Positions 36,201 through 43,135 of a DNA stretch of 45,532 nucleotides are shown in pieces. Every line of letters begins with the position of its first letter. Position 1 is the stretch's first letter. The notes beneath the pieces are model-generated. The model was not told the origin of the DNA. It ran no database searches and was given only the letters and a program-made list of their open reading frames with translations. The translations under genes were made by a program, and so were the position numbers. Where the stretch lies: positions 1-45,532 of IMG/VR virus record IMGVR_UViG_3300005805_000144. One strand, 5' to 3'. This DNA is from a virus. Its lineage: Duplodnaviria; Caudoviricetes.

Positions 36201-39200
36201 GGGCCCAGATGCAGCATTTGTAAGTGCAGAAATTCTGTTGCAAGCTAACAGAACATTTGTGCAGGAACAAACTTTAAATTATATCAATCATGTTCTTTGC
36301 ATACCACCAAAGACTCTAGCATACAATCAAATTAAATGCCGCAGAGATGCTGGAGTAGTCCTTGATAGTATTGCATCTGACATGTATTTTAACGGCTTTA
36401 GCCAATCAACTTTTGCTGGTAGACAATATTACGCCATAGATGGATATACTGGTAGTATAGTAACAGAGATACAACCAACAATTCGTGCAGTTAGATATCT
36501 CAGAGACATGTCTCTAAAAGTTGTACAAAGTATAACAACTACTACAGACTTACAGGCAGGTATTACAAGATACAGCACAGGCACACAGTTTACATCTACA
36601 AATATTGCTAGCAGTGATGCTATTGAAGACATTGAATTAAATTTTGCTACCATACTCAGTATCTTAGGGGGAAATACTACTGGTTGGACCGACAACATTA
36701 TTGCTAACAGTGGTAACGGCACATTGTTACCAGGTTATAATAATGCAATTGACTTACTACAGGCAAACAAAACATATCTCAAACAAGAAATTCTAGCATA
36801 CATTACCGCTACCAATGAAGGCTTTGTATTTGATACAATAACCTGTGAAAGAGATATTGGTTACATGATAGACGCAGTTACGTACGACATTAAATTTGGC
36901 GGAAATAGAATGTCAGTTCAGTCCGGTTTAGGATATTATGATAACGTTGGTACAACAAATGTAGTAGAAGGAGAAGTAACAGCAACTATTGCCGCCTTTA
37001 ACTATATGGTAAGTGTGGCTGCTGCACTGATTACCGGTACTAACTATGTTGCTTTACAGACAGTGTACAAGCCTATTACAAATTTAAGCACCGGAACGTC
37101 TGCAGATGTAGCAGTATTACAGCAAGCACTTGCTACAGTAACAAACATTTTGTTGAACGGCCCATCAGTAGCAGGCGCACAATATCCATCTGCTATTACT
37201 CCTGTAGCAACTACATCAACAAAGAACGCATTTGACATTATTAAAGCAAACAGATCATTCTTAACAGCAGAAACCATTGCTTACATTGATGCCACATACA
37301 ATCCAAATTCGTTTAATTACGACCAAGATTCATGTTATAGAGACACAGGCTTAATTTTAGACGCTGTCAGCCAAGACATATTGTTAGGTGGAAATCAAAA
37401 ATCTCTTGAAGCAGGCAAATCATATTGGACCAAAGGATACAATTATGTATCTGGTCAGATTTCGACAACTACAGCAGCAATTAATTACGCAAGAGATATT
37501 AGTTTACAAATTATTGCTAATAACACTGTAACGGTAGTTACAGGCACTGTTGCTACACAGGTAATTAATAATTTCTTTGAATATGGCAGTAATTACATGC
37601 CTCAAGAGGCCGTAACTAGAAATTATAATATTGTTACAAATATTATTGAAAATGGTCCTGAGTCAGCACCTCCTCTATACGCAGGCGGCGGTTTATTTGC
37701 ATTAACTGGCTTAAATGGTTCGGATGTTCTACCCCCAGCACAAATTACAAGAGTAGACCTTGTAACAGCAACTACATACCGAATTGGATTAAGCACATCC
37801 ACAATAGGGTTTGGTGTAAACTCTAGTTTATACATTGGTGACATTTTAGTCTTTCCTTTACAGGATGAACAAGTTGAAGAATTATCATTAGAATATACAG
37901 GTAGTACATCAACATGGAATCAAAGAAAGGTTGATCCAATCGGTGCAATGGGAGGCAGTCTTGTAGACGGAGGTGTGATAAGCGATCGTTCCCCAATTCA
38001 ATCATTTGTTTATGACGCATTTACACAGGTAAATCAAGGTGGAATAGGAATTCATATCACAAATAACGGATATGCTCAGCTCGTGTCAGTGTTTACTATT
38101 TTCTGTAGCATAGGAGTACTTGCTGATAATGGCGGTATTGCATCTATTACTAACTCTAACTGTAACTTTGGCGACATTTCTCTCATGTCAAAAGGCTACG
38201 GCCCAAGAAAATTCAGCGGTACAGTATTCAATCCTGCCTATAGATCATATCCATTTAGTCCTCAAGGAATAGATCCCGGTAGCGGAGATCCATTACCTTA
38301 TCTAGATCAATTCTATCCAACAGGTTTTTGGCCAAATTTGGGTAGAGTTAATATATTTGTTCCCGATGAAGATGATCGACCACATATTGGTCTAGTAATG
38401 GAGGTAATACCACCAGACGGACATCTCAATGAGCAAAGCTTTCCAGGATTTTTAAATTCGCAGCCAAGTACCAGTACGCTACACACCGGAACTATTGTCC
38501 TAAACAATATTTCTACCGATGACGTTGCAATTGGAAACACGGTGTTTATTAGAGATCAGTTTGGTAAAGAGTATGACGACTTCTATTACTTGCATGACCC
38601 AGACGGCAATCCGGTTGATGCTTTAGGTAATATAGTAGCCAATCCTAGCCTTGCACCAGCAAATCCAAATTATCTAAAATGGTATGCGGCTACCGGTACT
38701 GTGGTTACGGATGTTAACTATAACGCAATTACATTGAACCAGGCGTTAACTAACGGCGGTGGCGATATTATCAACCCAAATTACTTTACAATATACTTCT
38801 GCGGAAACAGTTATTATACTGTACAAACAAGTGCAGATGCAGACTCACCGTATGTACCAAATACAAATAAGTTAGCGGCAAATACAAACACCAACTATCA
38901 AGGTTCAACCAGTAGTCAGATTGCAGCCCACATTGCATCTATTAATCATTTAAAATCTTGTGTAGGCGATATTATATCAAACGTTGCAGTGACTCCTACA
39001 ACAGGAAATACTGCTACACAAATTATCAATACCACTGTGATTGGTGGCGGCGACTCTGAACCATTCATTGATTTAAGATTTGACTATATTACTTCAATAG
39101 TGGGCGCAGCAAATCTCACTGCAGCCAACGCTGTGGTTCCTGCAAATCTAAGATCAAGGCAAGGAATTATACCACCGGGGTCGGGTGCAGCAGTAACACT

Positions 39201-39771
39201 GATAGAATTGAATATAGACTTCTTAGCTGCAGAAGTAGCAGCCTGGGCAATAGATAACTACGGAGCAGAATTAGGTGCTTCAACCGCCGCTCAACAAGCA
39301 AAATGTGAAAGAGACGTTAAGATAATTCTACAATCAATGATATATGATTTAGAAACTGGCGGCAATTATAATAGCGTATTTGCTGGTTTAAGTTATTGGA
39401 TGATTCCAGGTACCTATCACATAGTAACGCTAGGTGAACCAGTAAGAAGACCGGACTTGTTCCCAGACGGCTCGACTGTAAACTTCTATCAAAGAAGTTA
39501 TGTCAGTGCTTCTGGTTATTTGTTTGAATATGTAGGAGCAGGTACAAATTACGGCGCATTGCCTCAAAGAGGTGTTGCCGATCCAGATCAATCAAAGGAA
39601 GTAGTTCAGTTAAATAATGGTAAAGTATTCTTTACCAGCACTGATCAAAACGGTGACTTCCGTATAGGCCCAGGGCTAGTAATTGCACAAGCAACGGGCG
39701 TTCTTACTGGTAGAACATTCGTTCAAAGTTTATACGCAAATATGACACCGTTTATATTGGCAATTGAATAA
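33289..39771 (+). CDS. Giant tail-fibre/spike-like structural protein: interrupted beta-helix with seven C-x-R-D helical repeats
   Basis: 2160 aa. NVLYVTVDGNDTNDG...RTIGGAL beta-helix cap and SPYIQNCT, then the repeats, then DAFTQVNQGGIGIHITNNGYAQLVSVFTIFC...SITNSNCNFG. C-terminal VFFTSTDQNGDFRIG. Confidence 0.75.
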   Translation: MARKTGTRNVTSNDFQRISADTAVKVTSPASVELDAGNQVIINEGGADTQINPNGGNVQISQTGGGNTEINDGGGDVFINASGGGNLEVGALTQFTDGSNPTNLLGIPLTIDQTQFSNTAGRQAASVYFAGGVGIEKDLAVGGTIFGKIAQALTSTNIQVTATNTNIEFYPIFAQTLTATNGTTLFGDPDDTDIDTTSTIFRYNPSIGRLRVSKIEVKNTETSTSTDTGALKIAGGASVEKDLTIGGVVYGDNNFTTQYLENVYDKYLGLQASQSKMVLAAGATDIFGEIQVRGRNPIGTAPVVTNVLYVTVDGNDTNDGRAQDPSRACRTIGGALRSPYYQSGTQIKVSAGLYLENNPLRLKPYTSIMGSDIRTTFIEPINKTQDLFHVESGCYIAFCTFLNGRSGKLIGDYAPGTNRGAYATAFPPQTGNDRIDLFHSPYIQNCTNQSGPWLRDGSMFIPSQTVQIPSAVGTGTWASNTTSIVVTLSTGTVEVGQYINAGQQNPGFFNARTLLLANKPFLQGQVVAFVDTTFNSGSFTYNQAKCERDTALILNAIGIDMLYDSNSDSTFAGLQYWNQGSYTGDIPNEITATIAATVFLNGLAQTYVDSSLTATVNTLFSTLTNILTNGTVGVTDWVTYGGLPSTATVTVSSYNALQTNKASMQQDVVDYVISSYPTLVFNSATCYRDVGYIIDGVSFDLLHGGNVQSIKSGVYYYTYSTTSTAIPNEVPQTTAAYNYIKSILPYIVTKTALPTTYQTATSQVLVGNAGNEYDAEVLESKLDIITEIIRNGPTVVTNKTPISLTLNTATSALNAYALLMTNTNFIKAEVIAYIDATMNNFSYNRQKCYRDVAILVENMAYDMTFGGNQKSIESGLAYYDGVVSVIAGQETQTISAIDYLAELCKKIVVNTTCTVLPLNTTSTGLVSYPQVFNTVLTGGEVTLESIENLFNITVGIIEDGPSAAPEVYASPGPDAAFVSAEILLQANRTFVQEQTLNYINHVLCIPPKTLAYNQIKCRRDAGVVLDSIASDMYFNGFSQSTFAGRQYYAIDGYTGSIVTEIQPTIRAVRYLRDMSLKVVQSITTTTDLQAGITRYSTGTQFTSTNIASSDAIEDIELNFATILSILGGNTTGWTDNIIANSGNGTLLPGYNNAIDLLQANKTYLKQEILAYITATNEGFVFDTITCERDIGYMIDAVTYDIKFGGNRMSVQSGLGYYDNVGTTNVVEGEVTATIAAFNYMVSVAAALITGTNYVALQTVYKPITNLSTGTSADVAVLQQALATVTNILLNGPSVAGAQYPSAITPVATTSTKNAFDIIKANRSFLTAETIAYIDATYNPNSFNYDQDSCYRDTGLILDAVSQDILLGGNQKSLEAGKSYWTKGYNYVSGQISTTTAAINYARDISLQIIANNTVTVVTGTVATQVINNFFEYGSNYMPQEAVTRNYNIVTNIIENGPESAPPLYAGGGLFALTGLNGSDVLPPAQITRVDLVTATTYRIGLSTSTIGFGVNSSLYIGDILVFPLQDEQVEELSLEYTGSTSTWNQRKVDPIGAMGGSLVDGGVISDRSPIQSFVYDAFTQVNQGGIGIHITNNGYAQLVSVFTIFCSIGVLADNGGIASITNSNCNFGDISLMSKGYGPRKFSGTVFNPAYRSYPFSPQGIDPGSGDPLPYLDQFYPTGFWPNLGRVNIFVPDEDDRPHIGLVMEVIPPDGHLNEQSFPGFLNSQPSTSTLHTGTIVLNNISTDDVAIGNTVFIRDQFGKEYDDFYYLHDPDGNPVDALGNIVANPSLAPANPNYLKWYAATGTVVTDVNYNAITLNQALTNGGGDIINPNYFTIYFCGNSYYTVQTSADADSPYVPNTNKLAANTNTNYQGSTSSQIAAHIASINHLKSCVGDIISNVAVTPTTGNTATQIINTTVIGGGDSEPFIDLRFDYITSIVGAANLTAANAVVPANLRSRQGIIPPGSGAAVTLIELNIDFLAAEVAAWAIDNYGAELGASTAAQQAKCERDVKIILQSMIYDLETGGNYNSVFAGLSYWMIPGTYHIVTLGEPVRRPDLFPDGSTVNFYQRSYVSASGYLFEYVGAGTNYGALPQRGVADPDQSKEVVQLNNGKVFFTSTDQNGDFRIGPGLVIAQATGVLTGRTFVQSLYANMTPFILAIE

Positions 39772-39788
39772 GATAGGAAATAGATAAA

Positions 39789-40172
39789 ATGGCAACATTA
39801 CCGTTAAACACATTCTTAACTAAAACGGCATTACTGACCACTAATACCACAGCGTCAGTTTACACCTCGCCCATTGGAGTTACTTCTATTGTTCTACTTG
39901 CGCAAGTTGCAAATTTAACAACTGTGACACAAACGGTGTCGTTAGCGCATTATAGATTTAGAACAGTGTTACCTGATGCACAAGGATTTGGTGGACAACC
40001 AGGACAGACACAAAGCTTAATGATTAAAAACTTTGATGTGCCTGCAGGTGACGCAGCGATTGTATTAGGAGGAAAAATGATTGTTGAGGAGCTAGATAGT
40101 ATTCATGCATCTGCACTTACTTCTGGCACATGTCAATTAGTGCTGAGTGTGTTGCAGACTGCTAACCAATAG
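39789..40172 (+). CDS. Small structural/adaptor protein
   Basis: 127 aa, beta-rich (VYTSPIGVTSIVLLAQVAN), co-transcribed with the giant fibre gene; AGGA SD. Confidence 0.65.
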   Translation: MATLPLNTFLTKTALLTTNTTASVYTSPIGVTSIVLLAQVANLTTVTQTVSLAHYRFRTVLPDAQGFGGQPGQTQSLMIKNFDVPAGDAAIVLGGKMIVEELDSIHASALTSGTCQLVLSVLQTANQ

Positions 40173-40183
40173 GGACAAATTAA

Positions 40184-42271
40184 ATGCCATCATTAATTAG
40201 CGGCTCAACACTTAGATCAGGAGGCAGCGGCGAGTTTATTAAACTAGCTGATGCTCAGCCTCAGCTGCCGCCAACACCAACTACCTCAACCGGCTATACC
40301 GTTGTTACTAATGAAAAATTACAAACTTCTTATAGATCAAGTTTAGGTAACATACAAATGCATCTTGGGGAGATGTACAGTAATCTTCCTAATCAAAATA
40401 TACGTCTGATCGGTACAGGAACTTCAACGGTTGTGGTTACTGGCGGGGTCGCAAATACCAGTACTTCAACCGGTGCTTTATTAATAGATGGTGGTATTGG
40501 TATTAGAGATGGCCTACACAGCGGCGAAGACATTTATGTTAACGGCGTGCGTATTGGCACAGGTTGGGAAGGAAAAAATAATATTATAGTTAGAGGAGAG
40601 GCCGTACCTCAACCCGACGATAATACTACCGGCCAGGGAAGTATAGCGATTGGATATGATGCACTATTGGGGCTACAAACATCATATGCCAACATTGCAA
40701 TTGGTCGTTTAGCAATTAGTTCAGGCACAGAATTAGTTAATACAATTGCTATTGGCGATCAAGCCTTAAAAGTCATTGGCGTATATCAATACGAATATAG
40801 ATCAACAATTACAAATATTACACTTACTAATCCGGTTGTTATTACTTCTCCCTTCCACGGGCTTTCAACAGGTACATTAATTACGCTCAAAGACATTGGC
40901 GGTACAGTAGAACTAAACAATAATGAATATTATGCTAAATGGCTATCAACTAGTACATTTAGTTTGTACACAGACGTAAACGTAAACAATAGTTTAAACG
41001 GCACAGCATTTACTGCCTATACGTCTAGCGGAACAGTAAACGTTAATACAGTAGATGATAACAATATTGCTATTGGTGCTGACGCAGCATTAAAATTAAT
41101 TAATGGTAGAGAAAATCTTTTCATTGGTCATAAACTAGCAAAGAATCTTACAACAGGTTCTTACAACATACTTTTTGGTCACGATGTTGCTAATAATTTA
41201 ACTAATGGCAGCGGAAATATTTCTATAGGCGGCGACAATCTTGTTGATGGCCTAAATGACCAAGTTAATATTGGTAGCTTGTTGTATTATAATGGTGGCG
41301 GCTATACACAAATGAACAGCGACCTAGGTTTAGGTCTCGGTACTTGGGCAACTGCAACTTATTTTATAACCAATATAACCAACATTGAACAAACCAATCC
41401 TGTAAGAGTTCATTTTACTGATACATTCGCTGTAGCGACCGGAACATATGTGTTGTTACAAGGTGTTAGCGGCATGACCGAAATCACCACAGAAACATAT
41501 TATGCCAGTTATGAAACTGCTACGTCAATTCTATTGTATTATGATTATGACTTTACCATGCCTTTGGACGGTACAGCATTCAACACCTATACCGGCGGCG
41601 GTCAAATTCTAGCACTAGAACCTTACGGTGCATTGTCGGTACTAGGCGGCGTTGGTATTTCTGGAAATTTGATAGTTGCTAACGATCTCGATGTGTACGG
41701 GGATGTTATATTCCATAAAACCGTTCAGCAAACTGTCAGTTCCTCTACGATTGCACTCAATCTAGTAGGCGGTAATCAGGGAAGTATCCCGTATCAAACA
41801 GCTACAGATCAAACTGTAATGCTTGACATTGGTCCTATAAACCATATCCTCTACAGCGACGGCTCTGTTCCGTCTTGGGTTCCTGTTAGTACTATTCAGT
41901 CTGGCGGCACTGCCACCAACGTATTGATCAACACCACAGTGTCCGATATGGTTTATTATTTGGCACTAGGTGAAATAATTGGAGATGCGGGTCCTGTTAG
42001 CAGTGATTTAAATCTAACCTATGTTACTACGGCTACTACAACTTCGTCTTATTTTGTTGACGGAACTAATTTATTAAACGTACCTGGTAGTGTTTATTCA
42101 ACTGACGGGCAACCTGGCGAAGGTAATTTGCTGTACACCCCAAGAACATTCACGACAAGTACAGCCCCAGCGGCAGCAAAACTAGGAGATGTTTGGTTTG
42201 ACAGCGATACTGGTGTGGTTCTGCAATATCTTGACAATAACGGGTCAAGAATTTGGGTACAATTAATATGA
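40184..42271 (+). CDS. Tail fibre/adhesin-like protein with YadA-head-like repeats and two E1-FCCH-like beta domains
   Basis: Repeats SIAIG, NIAIG, TIAIG, NIAIG, NLFIG, NISIG. Two copies of ITNI..TNPV.[IV]...G.....L..[IV].G..E[LI]....YY...L[DN]GTAF..YT. C-terminal TAPAAAKLGDVWFDSDTG. Confidence 0.7.
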   Translation: MPSLISGSTLRSGGSGEFIKLADAQPQLPPTPTTSTGYTVVTNEKLQTSYRSSLGNIQMHLGEMYSNLPNQNIRLIGTGTSTVVVTGGVANTSTSTGALLIDGGIGIRDGLHSGEDIYVNGVRIGTGWEGKNNIIVRGEAVPQPDDNTTGQGSIAIGYDALLGLQTSYANIAIGRLAISSGTELVNTIAIGDQALKVIGVYQYEYRSTITNITLTNPVVITSPFHGLSTGTLITLKDIGGTVELNNNEYYAKWLSTSTFSLYTDVNVNNSLNGTAFTAYTSSGTVNVNTVDDNNIAIGADAALKLINGRENLFIGHKLAKNLTTGSYNILFGHDVANNLTNGSGNISIGGDNLVDGLNDQVNIGSLLYYNGGGYTQMNSDLGLGLGTWATATYFITNITNIEQTNPVRVHFTDTFAVATGTYVLLQGVSGMTEITTETYYASYETATSILLYYDYDFTMPLDGTAFNTYTGGGQILALEPYGALSVLGGVGISGNLIVANDLDVYGDVIFHKTVQQTVSSSTIALNLVGGNQGSIPYQTATDQTVMLDIGPINHILYSDGSVPSWVPVSTIQSGGTATNVLINTTVSDMVYYLALGEIIGDAGPVSSDLNLTYVTTATTTSSYFVDGTNLLNVPGSVYSTDGQPGEGNLLYTPRTFTTSTAPAAAKLGDVWFDSDTGVVLQYLDNNGSRIWVQLI

Positions 42272-42287
42272 TAAGGGCAGATAAATT

Positions 42288-43121
42288 ATGGCTATAAATT
42301 TTCCAAGTAGTCCTACAGTAGGAGATTATTATCAGGTAGGAAATAAAATTTGGGAGTGGAGCGGCGCTGCTTGGGTTAAGTATGACCCAATTACCTTATC
42401 TACCTCAACTGTTTCAACAAGCACAGCCACAGGTTCTGTGGTTATAAGCGGCGGATTGGGTGTAGCTGGATCAATTAACGTACAAAATAGTTCTACGATT
42501 GCAGGATCATCAATACTTACAACAGCGACCATTATTACCTCTGGTGATATATCTCTGTCTGAGTCAGGGGGCACATTAACCTTTTCGTCCACAAATACTT
42601 TACAATCAGTTACAAATAACGGTAACAGCACAACTAATGTTGTAAGACTTTTAAATTTAACAAATTCAACTAGCACAGTCACTGGATCACTGGTCGTATC
42701 GGGAGGCATTGGTGTAGGTGAAGATGTTACTGTAGCAGGAACAGTCACAGCAGAACATTTAAGAATTCAAGATGCTGTAATAGACTCTCGTTATACAACC
42801 ACAGCTACCACTGCAACTGTAATCATTGATCAATATCCTACAAACATTTATCGTAGTGCAAAATATCTTGTACAAGTTGAAGAAGATGTAGGTCTAAGCA
42901 GCGAATTCCAACTTATTGAAATTTTACTGCTGGTTACAAATAACAACGATGTACTAACTACAGACTACGGTTTAATAACTTCCAACGGCGAACTAGGAGC
43001 ATTTTCTTCAGAGGTTGATACTGTAACTAATCCTAGTGACCCGCAATTAAAACTTTATTTTAGTGCTTACACCGCAACCAATAAGGTGATAACTGTATGT
43101 AGAACGGCTGTGACCAAGTAA
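42288..43121 (+). CDS. Short fibre-associated structural protein
   Basis: N-terminal MAINFPSSPTVGD...WEWSGAAW, two STSTxTGS..[IV]SGG.G[IV] motifs, and a C-terminal YRSAKYLVQ domain. Confidence 0.65.
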   Translation: MAINFPSSPTVGDYYQVGNKIWEWSGAAWVKYDPITLSTSTVSTSTATGSVVISGGLGVAGSINVQNSSTIAGSSILTTATIITSGDISLSESGGTLTFSSTNTLQSVTNNGNSTTNVVRLLNLTNSTSTVTGSLVVSGGIGVGEDVTVAGTVTAEHLRIQDAVIDSRYTTTATTATVIIDQYPTNIYRSAKYLVQVEEDVGLSSEFQLIEILLLVTNNNDVLTTDYGLITSNGELGAFSSEVDTVTNPSDPQLKLYFSAYTATNKVITVCRTAVTK

Positions 43122-43135
43122 CCTGGAGCAACTAG

